A DNA stretch of 64,000 nt. Origin: Bacteroidia bacterium. GTDB lineage: Bacteria > Bacteroidota > Bacteroidia > JANWJV01. The stretch lies in assembly GCA_025451785.1 (NCBI GenBank), contig JANWJV010000124.1:2428-66427 (forward strand), written 5' to 3'. A program made the position numbers and the translations under genes. A model generated the notes under the pieces. It had not been told where the DNA came from and did no database searches. It saw only the letters and a list, made by a program, of their open reading frames with translations. Each line of letters opens with the position of its first letter. Position 1 is the stretch's first letter. Positions 40,201 through 49,500 of this stretch are shown piece after piece.

Positions 40201-40314
40201 GAACACCTTGTAATCGAAAGGCTTCCCTTTCCATTTCTGGTTGGGCGACTGGGCAAATGATGAAAAGCAAAAAAGCAGGCAGAGGCCTGCGAGGCTAAAG
40301 GAGAGATTTTTCAT
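37288..40314 (-). CDS. T9SS type B cargo adhesin: head A (FxENxGQ domain plus propeller), SprB repeats, PKD, CTD
   Basis: FVENKGQF..KYNLIVHPGAD..IIIDPW; PYTYTWSNG/GTYTVTITD repeats; VPNVFSPNGDGYND..YLMLLRK. Confidence 0.85.
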   Translation of the reverse strand: MKNLSFSLAGLCLLFCFSSFAQSPNQKWKGKPFDYKVFVENKGQFSAKDNAPGAQVFYGADVLGTQIYYSPTGLLYRIDRTETDPKMYAELLREEAKRRGKEEGEAEMKRERELRDKMYVTRTSMVRMEWLNANPSVKILSEGQVKEYFNYDMTRENMENVYYAKGFTKLIYKDLYKGIDAEYSFHPKEGTKYNLIVHPGADVSQIKMRYTGADAVTIDANGNIHLKTQFGDIIDHAPLSFYQDGKPVGSSFSLNDNTVSFDLQPTIINQRSTIIIDPWTTNPQWTPLNKAFHVAVDAAGNSYIYGSNTPFKVRKYDVNGVALWSYNTPWNNANWFGDLVVDKPGNVYITPGTANIQKLTTAGTVVWTNNAAFLEAFCLRFDVSQTNLMCAGAVGASSMAFVNQTTGAITGKVNVNGSGNSIEIRALTTSYDCNFYALTTTGISGTPASRLLSVTPGLSNVYNVASCHNGTDFPYFSPAYVVGTGSLGSGASGLNGIAAGYNFVFTYDGINLCKYSLTTGVNLKTIVVTGGTAGANSGILVDSCENVYVGTGSSIVKYDTSLTQLTSVTTPPVFDLAFGLNKEIVACGDTFVGSYTGLVQTCNKPAPSLTLNAGSNSTACGGATGSASVSVSGGISPYTYTWSNGATSSSITGLSAGIYTVTVSDASCNILVASKTVQITGGGNLSALTAQSNVLCNGGSNGSGSVTASGGGGAYTYSWTPTGGNGSSATGLTAGTYTVTITDSSGCSNTQTILINQPSAIVVTGTGGTICPGECINITANASGGTGNISYTWNPGNLSGSTVNVCPTSTTNYTVTATDANGCTKTAVATVTVNPKPTAAFNANPSSGQIPLNVTFTNTSSGGTSYTWTFGDGSGSSSQNTNHTYVSSGSYTVKLVVTNSNGCKDSIMVTIIAEDLSTLIVPNVFSPNGDGYNDLFTINTKGMKDLYVEIYDRWGLKMGSFSDLNGGWDGKAASGKDAPEGTYYYVLKAHGNDSKEYDLHGYLMLLRK
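39492..39526. repeat. Intragenic 7-bp tandem repeat
   Basis: tgattgt tgatcgc tgattga tgattgt cggttga; encodes QPTIINQRSTI. Confidence 0.7.
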
Positions 40315-40335
40315 AGGTAAGGTTTTTCATTGGGG

Positions 40336-42891
40336 CTATTTCCTCATTAGCATCAGGTAGCCTTTGAGGTCGTACTCTTTGTTATCAGCACCATGTGCTT
40401 TAAGAATGTAATAATAAGTTCCTTCGGGAGCATCATTGCCGCTGGCGGCCTTGCCATCCCATCCTCCGTTAATATCGCTGAACGATCCCATCTTCAATCC
40501 CCAGCGGTCGTAGATCTCCACGTAAAGGTCTTTCAATCCCTGCGAGCTGATGGTGAAAAGTTCGTTGTAGCCATCGCCGTTCGGCGAGAATACGTTCGGA
40601 ATGATAATGGCCGAAAGCGCGTCAGCGATCACAGTGATGTATGCTGTGTCCTTGCATCCGTTGGAAGCGGTCACAATGAGCATCACCGTATAACTTCCGC
40701 CGTTCACAAAAGTGTTGGTGGCATTCTGCGTGTTCGCCGAATTGCCGTCGCCGAAGATCCAGCTGTACGAAACGCCGCCGGTACTTCCATTGGTGAATGT
40801 AACGGTAAGCGGCACCTGCCCCGAGGAAGGATTGGCGGTGGCTGCTGCCTTCGGTTTGGTATTGATAGTGACGCTCACCACTTGTACTTGTGTGCAGCCA
40901 TTGGCATCGGTTACGAGAACTGTATAACTGCCCGAAGTGATACCTGTAATGTTCTGCGTAGTGGCGCCATTGCTCCAGCTATAAGTATAAGGCCCCGTTC
41001 CCCCGCTGGCATTCGAATTGGCGGAGGCCAGTGTATCATCGGTACAGTTCACATTGTTGGGCGTTGCCGTTAGGTTTAGTAAGGTTGGTTGCGTCACCGT
41101 CACCGCTCGCGTTTTTATGCAGCCTTTCGAGTCGGTCACTGTCACCGTATAATTTCCAGCTCCTAATCCGGTAGCCGTTTGTGTGCTTTGTCCGTTGCTC
41201 CATGAATAGGTAAAGCCCGAGGTGCCTCCGCTCACTTGCGCGGTGGAAGTGCCGTTGGTATTTCCGTTACAGGCAATGTTGATGGTGGAGTCATTGAGCA
41301 CCATCGCGGAGTTAACTGTTACCGTTGCGAGCGCTGTGGAGGTAGCGCCGGTGCTGTCGGTCATTGTCACCGTATAGCCTGTTGTCACCGAAGGACAGAC
41401 CGTATGCGGGCCTGCGCCGGTGCCTATGTTGGGATTCCATGAATACGTATAAGGCGGCATACCTCCGCCGGCAGTGGCGGTAAGGTTCAAACAGGAGCCG
41501 GGACAAACAGCGCCGCCGGCAACAGCCACCGAAGGACCGCAGTAAACAATGGTCACGGTCTTTTTCACAGTATCGGTACTGCAACCGTTCTTGATCAGCA
41601 GCACCACATTAAAAGTTCCAGCAGAACTGAACACGTGCGTTGCGTTGATCACGTTAGAGGAATCGTTCGCGCCCGAATTCGGGTCACCGAAATGCCAGGT
41701 CACATTTTGTACACCGCTGGTATCGCCAATGGTAAACGTCGTATTGTTGCCGAAGCAGTTGAGCGTATCCTTAAAAGTATTGGGTGTTTTGAACCAGGTG
41801 GCGAAAAAAGAGGGAAGGCCAAGTCCGCCCGATTTCCCGCCGAGAGAAACCGCATTGGCCACAAAGTTACATCCTACACCTACCACATTCGGATTGTTGA
41901 TCACGTTGAGCGCGGTGGAAGCTACCTGGTAGATCTTTCCGTTCTTGGCGTTCTGCATGGCTCCGTAGGTGCCAGCGCCCACATTGGTCTTGGAGTTAAT
42001 GATGGCCGTAGCGTTGGCCAGGGTAGTGTTGAACTGGTAAATAGTGCCGCTCGATCCATATAGAAGTTTTCCATCGGGCGAAAATTCGCAGCCATAGGTT
42101 TGAAGGAAACCGGTAGGGATGTTAATGGAGTTGGCGCAAACACCTGTTGCGTTGTTGAAGTCGTAAAGCTCGAGCGAAGCCGCAAGGCTGGTGCCGTTGG
42201 TGGCCAATGCGCAGGCCACTTTGGTTCCCTGGGGATTGGCTTTCATATAACCGATGGCCACCGAACTTGTTCCTGTATGTATCTGTCCGCCCGGGTTACT
42301 GATGACAGGCGTATTGTTAACACCTGAACTGGTCACGAGGTAAGCATATACATCAGCGCTGTTCCAGCGGTGTGAAAGCACCCACACGTCGCAGCCGTTC
42401 TTATGGCGTACGGCGGTCACCTTTTCGCAGGTAGGCGTGTAAAGCGTGGTGTTCTTGGTGGTCACATCGCCAAGCCCGCTGTTAAGGCTCATGTCAACAA
42501 TAGAATAACAGAACCCGAGGGCTCCTCCCTGGGCGTCGACAGTAAAGACGAAATAAAGGGTAGCGCTTCCGGGCTTCTGCACGATGATGGCCGATTGCGC
42601 GGACGAAGGGTTGCCGTTCATCCCGAAGCCATTGGCCATCTGCACATGGTTCTTGTTCCATGCCCTGATACCATCTGTATAGAAAAGCAGGTTGCCTGCC
42701 GCGTCAGAAATACTGGCGCTGCCTTCAAAGGTGCTCATGGCGCTGTTAGTGAGCGCCACAGGGTTGCCTGAGTTGAAGGTCATGGCCGCGTTCTGGCTGA
42801 AATACCAGTGATCGCCCTCGCCTTGTGAAAAAAGAAGTGTTGAGTTGAAAAACGAAAGACCGACTATAAGCGGGAAAAGTTTTTTAAACAT
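40336..42891 (-). CDS. T9SS type B cargo adhesin: head B propeller, PKD, SprB repeats, PKD, CTD
   Basis: WYFSQNAA..FEGSASISD..LLFYTDG; WHFGDP; IPNVFSPNGDGYN; TAATTTTG -7 box at 42896-42903. Confidence 0.85.
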   Translation of the reverse strand: MFKKLFPLIVGLSFFNSTLLFSQGEGDHWYFSQNAAMTFNSGNPVALTNSAMSTFEGSASISDAAGNLLFYTDGIRAWNKNHVQMANGFGMNGNPSSAQSAIIVQKPGSATLYFVFTVDAQGGALGFCYSIVDMSLNSGLGDVTTKNTTLYTPTCEKVTAVRHKNGCDVWVLSHRWNSADVYAYLVTSSGVNNTPVISNPGGQIHTGTSSVAIGYMKANPQGTKVACALATNGTSLAASLELYDFNNATGVCANSINIPTGFLQTYGCEFSPDGKLLYGSSGTIYQFNTTLANATAIINSKTNVGAGTYGAMQNAKNGKIYQVASTALNVINNPNVVGVGCNFVANAVSLGGKSGGLGLPSFFATWFKTPNTFKDTLNCFGNNTTFTIGDTSGVQNVTWHFGDPNSGANDSSNVINATHVFSSAGTFNVVLLIKNGCSTDTVKKTVTIVYCGPSVAVAGGAVCPGSCLNLTATAGGGMPPYTYSWNPNIGTGAGPHTVCPSVTTGYTVTMTDSTGATSTALATVTVNSAMVLNDSTINIACNGNTNGTSTAQVSGGTSGFTYSWSNGQSTQTATGLGAGNYTVTVTDSKGCIKTRAVTVTQPTLLNLTATPNNVNCTDDTLASANSNASGGTGPYTYSWSNGATTQNITGITSGSYTVLVTDANGCTQVQVVSVTINTKPKAAATANPSSGQVPLTVTFTNGSTGGVSYSWIFGDGNSANTQNATNTFVNGGSYTVMLIVTASNGCKDTAYITVIADALSAIIIPNVFSPNGDGYNELFTISSQGLKDLYVEIYDRWGLKMGSFSDINGGWDGKAASGNDAPEGTYYYILKAHGADNKEYDLKGYLMLMRK

Positions 42892-42914
42892 GCTTCAAAA
42901 TTAAAATTAAAATC

Positions 42915-45900
42915 TCATTTTCTTAGCAGCAGCAGGAAACCGGTAAGATCGTATTGCTTGTCATCAAATCCCGTTGCCTTCAGTATATAATAATACGTTC
43001 CTTCGGGCGCGTCTTTTCCGCTTGCCGCCTTGCCATCCCATCCTCCGTTCACATCGCAAACCTCGCTCATCTTTAATCCCCAGCGGTCATACACCTCGAA
43101 ACAAAGTTCCCTTATGCCCATGGTCCAGAAAGTGAAGAGGTCGTTGTACCCATCGCCGTTCGGGCTGAACACGTTGGGCGCGATGATGGAGCTTTCTACT
43201 TGCGCCATGATCGTTACCGTAATGGAATCTTTACAGCCGTTGCTGCCTGTTACCACCAGTTTTACGATATAGGTTCCGTTGCTTACATACGTGTGTGTGG
43301 CGTTCTGCGTATTCGCGCTGCCGCCATCGCCAAACGTCCAGCTGTACGATACCCCGCCGCTGCTGGTATTGGTGAAGGTGACAAGCAATGGCGGTTGTCC
43401 CGAAGTGGGATTGGCGGTAAAGGAAGCGGTGGGTTTCGGCAATACCGTTGCCGTTACCGTAAATGTTTTCGTACATCCGTTCGCGTCAGTGGCGGTAACA
43501 GTGTATGTTGTCGTACTTGTAGGTGTAACACTTATAGCGCTGCCGGTTTGTCCACCCGGGTTCCAGGTATAGGTGATGTTGCCGGTGCCACCGTTCGCGA
43601 TGGCGTTGAGGTTAAGCGTTTCTCCTTCACAGCCTGTATCGCCGGTGCCGGTAAGTGTGAGTGCCGTTGGTTCGCTTATCTGCACCGTTTTAGAAGAGCT
43701 GCACCCGGTAGCGTCAGTAACCGTTACGGTATAGATGCCCGCGCTAAGCCCCGTGGCTCCCGCTGTTGTTGCGCCGGTAGACCACGAATAGGTATACGGC
43801 GAAGTTCCTGTGCTGCCGCTTGCCGTGGCGGAGCCGTTGGCCTGCCCGCTGCATAAAACATTGCTTACGCCAGAGAGCGAGACGATCGATCCCCCATTGC
43901 TTTGTATCGTTACCGCTGCTGATTTCTTACAGCCATTGCCGTCGGTAATGGTGATCGTATAAATTCCCGCGCTCAGGTTGCTGATGGAGCCGGACGTACT
44001 TCCCCCCGGTGACCATGAATAACTTAATGTGCCTGTACCTCCTGAAGCAGAAGCACTGGCAGAGCCGTTGTTGTTTCCGCAAACCGTTGAATTGCTGTTG
44101 GTGTTAAGCAGTATCGCGGGGGCTTGTGTGATGTTCACCGTTTGTGTGTTCTGGCATCCCGACGAATCGGTCACGGTAAGGGTATATAACCCGGCGCTAA
44201 GTCCGGTTGCGCTGATGCTTGTTTGACTGCCGGGAGACCAATTGTAAGTATAAGCAGGTTTTCCGCCGGAAGCTGAGCCTGTGGCCGAGCCTGTACTTGC
44301 GCCGAAGCAGCTGATGTTACTGCTCGATGTTACGTAGGCGTTCGGCACGTTGCCGCTTCCCAGTTGAATTTGTACTGTTGCTGTTTGCAGTTTCGGTGAG
44401 CAGGAATTTTCCGTTACGGTCACCGTATAAATTCCATTGCCCAATCCTGAAACGGTTTGAGTTGTTCCGCCTCCGGGATTCCAGGTATAAAAATAAGAGC
44501 CATTGCCGCCCGAAGTTACCGTTACGTTGGCGTATCCTACCTGCGCGCATTTGGGTGAAGAAGTTACGCTAAGCGTAAGCTTATTGCAGGAAGTTCCAAT
44601 GATCGGGATCTCGGTTACGAAGCCGTTGCCGCAGGCATAGAGAAGATTTCCTATTCCTATCCGGATATCATAAACAGTGTTCTGCACTTTGGTAGCACTC
44701 AGTAAAGCGAAGTTGGAGTCGTAGATCTTTACCGAGTCCATAAAGCCGATGTAAACATTGTCGCAATCGTCGGCTGCTGTCCCGCCCCAGCTGAAGAAGG
44801 TGGAGGAAACACTGAAGCTGCTGATGAACGCGCCGGTGTATTTGTTCCATTTTTTGATAAGACCGCCATCATAGGTGTAAAGGAAATTCTTGCTCGCGGC
44901 AATTCCGTTAAACCCATTCGCTGTCCCGGTAAATCCATTTACATAATTTACACTATTGATCTCCACAAAATTATGTCCGCTCGGCACGTTGAAAGTAAGT
45001 GGGATGAGGGTCTTCGCCGGGCCCTTCACCAGTGTATTGTTGAAGTTGTTAGGGTCGCTTTGCGAGCGCGCGGAAACCATGTAGTAATTGGTGTCGTTGT
45101 CGATAGTGCAAAGCGCGATGTCGTGTCCTGCTCCTGATGCGCCAAGGATATTGACCGGTGTCATATTCACCATGTTCGAGTCGAGCACAAAAGCCTGGTT
45201 GGCATTGTTCACACCGCCGCCGGCGATCACCGCCTGGCCGGTGCAGTTGCTGAAGGACATCCTCCACATTTCCTGCTGCTGTGAGTTTCCGGGGAAAGTA
45301 GCCATGAGTGTTCCCGCCGCGTTTACTTTTACGGCTTTCGCGCCGGCAACACTAAAACCTTCGGTCATGTAAGCAATGCTCTTCTTTCCGTCCACGGAAA
45401 AGTCACCATAATAAGAGCCCAGGTTGGTAGTGGTAAAGGTCCATTGGATCACACCGGCGTTATCCAGCTTAATAAGCTGCCAGGGAGAGGATCCGCCGTA
45501 GATATATACGTTTCCCTTCAGATCGAACTCCACATCGTAGGCCCGGTTAGTCCCGCTGAAGGTGGGAGTGGTGGTCCAGGGATCAATGATGATCGTTTGT
45601 TGTTTGTTGTTTGTTGTTGGTAGTTGGAAGGAGACCGTATTTGCATTGAGTGTGAAGGAAGTGGCAAGGGGCTTTCCGCTCTCATAAAAACTCTGCGGGG
45701 CGTGGTCAACGAACTCGCCAAAGGTGGATTGAATGCGAATATTGCCTTCGCTGTCTTTCTTCACCGAACGTGCGCCGCTGTATTTCATTTTGAGCTGCGA
45801 AACATCCGCGCCGGGATGAAGCACCACATTGTACTTGATGCCTTTTTTGTTTTCGGGAACAATGAACTCGATATCGATGTTCGGGTAAATGTTCCGGTAC

Positions 45901-46364
45901 ACCAGCTTTTTATAGGCTTTGGCTATAAGCGTGCTGCGGCCGCTTTTATCGTTAAGGTCGGGATAAGTGAAATAGTTGTAGACCGCATCAGATGCTGCCA
46001 GCACTACTCCCGGGTTGGCGCCTTCCCAGCCCATGAAAAGGAATTGGGACCTCACTACCAGTTCGCGCTCTTCTTCTTCCTTGCGGAAGAGCCCTTGCTC
46101 GGCCTTTTCCAGTTCTTTGTGGCGATAGAGGACCCCTGTGGGCGTAAAGTAAATATCAACACCGTCGTTGCTCACGCTGTAACGAATGGCATCACCAGGC
46201 TGATCGCCAATGTCGCTAAACTGACCTACATTCTCAATGAAAGCCTTTTGCAGAAAAGGGTCGCTTGTCCAAACCGACCTGCCTGCAAGTGTCTTGCCAC
46301 TCTGCGCAAAAGCAGTAATGGAGAGAAGAAGGGAAAGTAAAAAGGAGTAGTATTTTTTTGTCAT
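42915..46364 (-). CDS. T9SS type B cargo adhesin: head A, SprB repeats, PKD, CTD
   Basis: FIENVGQF..KYNVVLHPGAD..IIIDPW; SprB-like repeats; APNVFSPNGDGYND. Confidence 0.85.
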   Translation of the reverse strand: MTKKYYSFLLSLLLSITAFAQSGKTLAGRSVWTSDPFLQKAFIENVGQFSDIGDQPGDAIRYSVSNDGVDIYFTPTGVLYRHKELEKAEQGLFRKEEEERELVVRSQFLFMGWEGANPGVVLAASDAVYNYFTYPDLNDKSGRSTLIAKAYKKLVYRNIYPNIDIEFIVPENKKGIKYNVVLHPGADVSQLKMKYSGARSVKKDSEGNIRIQSTFGEFVDHAPQSFYESGKPLATSFTLNANTVSFQLPTTNNKQQTIIIDPWTTTPTFSGTNRAYDVEFDLKGNVYIYGGSSPWQLIKLDNAGVIQWTFTTTNLGSYYGDFSVDGKKSIAYMTEGFSVAGAKAVKVNAAGTLMATFPGNSQQQEMWRMSFSNCTGQAVIAGGGVNNANQAFVLDSNMVNMTPVNILGASGAGHDIALCTIDNDTNYYMVSARSQSDPNNFNNTLVKGPAKTLIPLTFNVPSGHNFVEINSVNYVNGFTGTANGFNGIAASKNFLYTYDGGLIKKWNKYTGAFISSFSVSSTFFSWGGTAADDCDNVYIGFMDSVKIYDSNFALLSATKVQNTVYDIRIGIGNLLYACGNGFVTEIPIIGTSCNKLTLSVTSSPKCAQVGYANVTVTSGGNGSYFYTWNPGGGTTQTVSGLGNGIYTVTVTENSCSPKLQTATVQIQLGSGNVPNAYVTSSSNISCFGASTGSATGSASGGKPAYTYNWSPGSQTSISATGLSAGLYTLTVTDSSGCQNTQTVNITQAPAILLNTNSNSTVCGNNNGSASASASGGTGTLSYSWSPGGSTSGSISNLSAGIYTITITDGNGCKKSAAVTIQSNGGSIVSLSGVSNVLCSGQANGSATASGSTGTSPYTYSWSTGATTAGATGLSAGIYTVTVTDATGCSSSKTVQISEPTALTLTGTGDTGCEGETLNLNAIANGGTGNITYTWNPGGQTGSAISVTPTSTTTYTVTATDANGCTKTFTVTATVLPKPTASFTANPTSGQPPLLVTFTNTSSGGVSYSWTFGDGGSANTQNATHTYVSNGTYIVKLVVTGSNGCKDSITVTIMAQVESSIIAPNVFSPNGDGYNDLFTFWTMGIRELCFEVYDRWGLKMSEVCDVNGGWDGKAASGKDAPEGTYYYILKATGFDDKQYDLTGFLLLLRK
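45590..45631. repeat. Intragenic 7-bp tandem repeat
   Basis: tgatcgt ttgttgt ttgttgt ttgttgt tggtagt tggaagg; encodes FQLPTTNNKQQTI. Confidence 0.75.
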
Positions 46365-46459
46365 GCGAAAGAGGTTTTAGCCGGTTAAAAGGGGCAAGCT
46401 AAAATTACCCGTATGAACCCTTCCCCACAAAACAATTTTCAGCGCATTATTCCACGTCT

Positions 46460-46500
46460 GACTTCGCCCGCCGTAGCCTTGGCGAAGGCGGGACTAAGTC
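46460..46500. repeat. REP-like element just after a stop codon
   Basis: GACTT-CG-CCCGCCGTAGCCTTGGCGAAGGCGGG-ACT-AAGTC; same family as 32751-32774. Confidence 0.75.
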
Positions 46501-46501
46501 T

Positions 46502-49500
46502 CTACCTCACAAGGCTGAGGTGCCCGATATATGAATGCTTGTTTCCAAGGAAATCCCTGGTAAACACTTTCCAAACATACACATCCTGCTGCGCAATGTC
46601 CCTGCCGCCGTTGGCATGGCCGTTCCAGCCTTCGAACAGGTCGGTGGTCTTGAAAATGAGACTGCCCCAGCGGTCGAAAATGTAAAGCTCAAAATGATCG
46701 GGGTCAATGCCGATGCCGCGCACGTTCCAGTTATCGTTCAGGCCGTTGCCGTCGGGAGTGAAAGCATTGGGCGCGAACAGTTCGTAGTCACCAAGGATGC
46801 AAACCACCTGGTCGGAGGTATCGGGACAGTTATATTGGTTGTCGGCAATAAGGCGAACATTGTAACACCCGCTGTCTTTGTAATTGAAACTCGGGTTCTG
46901 CAGTGTGCTGGTGGAATTCAACAGGTCGCCGAAGCTCCAGTTCCAGCTGATAGCGCCGCCTGTGCTCAGATCTGTAAAGGTGATCACCGGATTGAGAACA
47001 GTAGTAGGCTGTGGACTTGCGGCGAAGCTTGCTCCTACATTGGGGAAAACGCTTATGTAATTGTTCCTGGTGAGTGAACCGGTGCAGCCGTTGTTGTCGG
47101 TCACGGTAAGCGTTACCGAGAAACTGCCGGCAGTTTTATAGCAATGGCTTGTTGCCGCGCCAAAGCCGCTGCTGCTTCCATCGCCGAAGTTCCAGGTCCA
47201 TGCATTGATGTTGGCGGTGGAACAGGTAAAGTTCACGCAAAGCGCCACACAGCCCGCGGTATCATCGGCGGTAAACACTACTACCGGCGCCGCGCTGATA
47301 TTCACCGTAGCGGTATCGGAAGCTGAACAACCATTGGCGTCAGTAACTGTAAGTGTATAAACACCGGTGCCAAGGCCCGTAGCATTTTGTGTTGTTTGGG
47401 CATTGCTCCACAAATAGGTATAGTTCACAGTTCCGCCGGCGACTACGCTTGTTGCGTTCGCGTTCGAACATGCGTTGCTTCCGGTGGCAGTTACGGTAAG
47501 CATAGCAGGTTCGGTAATGGTTACCTGCGCGGTGGCAGTACATCCGTTGCCATCGCTCACCACAACAGAATAAGTTCCGGCGGTAAGGCCGGTAGCGCCT
47601 TGTGTGTTCTGCGCGTTGCTCCATAAATAGGTCATGGTGCCGGTGCCGCCCGACGCGGTTACCGAAGCGGTGCCGCTAGTACCGCCGTTGCAAAGCACGT
47701 TTGTGCCTGAAGCATTGAGCGTGGGACCGGAGGTTCCTGAAATGGTTACCGAAGCAGTTTGCGTACAGCCATTTCCATCGGTTGCCGTTACAGTATAACC
47801 ACCGGTGTTAAGACCTGTGGCTGTTTGCGCCGTTTGGTTTCCGGGTGTCCATATATAAGTAAAGGTTCCGGTTCCTCCGCTGCCCGTGGCGCTGGCACTG
47901 CCAGGATTGGCGCAGGTAGAGTTAACGGTTGATGTTTGAAGGGTTACCGCTGCGGGCTGAGTAACAGTGGCAGTAGCAGTGGCAGTACATCCATTGGCAT
48001 CTGTTATGGTAATTGTATATGTACCCGCTGTCAATCCAATTGCGTTTGAGGAAGTTTGACCATTGCTCCAGTTATAGGTGTAATTGGTAGTTCCCCCGGA
48101 AGCTGTAGCACCCGCAGAACCGTTATTACCTCCGTTACAGCTAATACTGCCGCCTGCTGCTGCTACTGTCAACTGATTGGGCTGTGTTACCGAAACCGAA
48201 GCGGTCTTGGTACAACCCGAAGCATCCGTTACCGTAAGCGTATAACCGCCTTGCGCGAGGCCTGAGGCCGAAGCAGTGCTTTGATTGTTATTCCATGAAT
48301 AGGTATAAGGCGATGTGCCGCCGCTAACGGTAGCGGAAGCAGAACCGTTCGCCTGCCCGTTGCACTTTACGTTGATCACCGAGGTATTGATATTGATCGC
48401 AGGGTTTACTGTTAGCGTGGCAGTAGCGGTGGCAGTAGCGCCGCCGGCGTCGGTTACTAAAACAGTATACGTTGTATTTGCCGTAGGGCAGGGGTTAATG
48501 GTTTGCGTAGTAGCACCAGTGTTCCACGAATAGGTATAAGGCGAAACACCCGCTGCTGGAGTAGCGGTAACGCTCTTACAGCCGCCGGGGCATACGCTGC
48601 CGCTGTTGGCAGTCACCGTAAAGCCGCAGCTTACGATGGTTACGTTAAGCTTTACTGTATCGGTTCGGCAAGCGTAGGTGATGATGGCGTTAACCGTAAA
48701 GGTACCGGCCGAAGTAAAAGTATGAGAGGGCGAAATGAGGCTAGAGGTATTATTGCCGCCTGAGTTGGGGTCGCCAAAGTTCCAGTTGTAATTCATAATG
48801 CCGCTGGTATCCGACAGGTTAAACACAGTGCCCTGACCTAAGCAGAAGGGTCCTGCCGAAAGCGTGACCGGAGGTATCACCCAGCTGGTAATAAAGGAGG
48901 GTAGTCCAAGGAAGCCGGTCTTGCCCGCGAGTGGAACCACGTTGGCAACAAAATTACAGCCGGTCCCGATCACGTTCGGGTTATTGATCACGTTGAGGAA
49001 CGAAGTGGTGGTGACCTGGTACATCTTTCCGTTAGGGCCCACCTGGAGCGCGCCCCAGGTGCCTGTGCCCACATTCACCTTTGAAGCGATGATGAGCGCA
49101 CCGGTACCCAAGGTGGTGTTGTACTGGTAAATGGTTCCGCTGGCGCCATACAGAAGCTTGCCGTCGGGCGACCATTCGCAGCCATAGGTTTGGGTGAACC
49201 CAGTAGGGATGTTAAGCCCGTTGGAGCATACGCCGGTAGCGTTGTTAAAGTCGTAAAGTTCGAGCGAGTTGGTAAGCAGGGCCACACCTGCCGCAACTTT
49301 GGTGCCCTGGGGATTGGCCTTCATATAACCGATGGCCACCGATGAACTTCCGGAGTGCACCTGGCAGCCGGGGTTGCTGATCACAGGAGTGGTGTTCACT
49401 CCGGCGGCGGTCACCCGGTAAGCATAGATGTTGGCCGTGTTCCACTGGTGGGAAAGCACCCAAATGTCACAGCCGTTCTTATGTTTCACAGCTGTGATCT

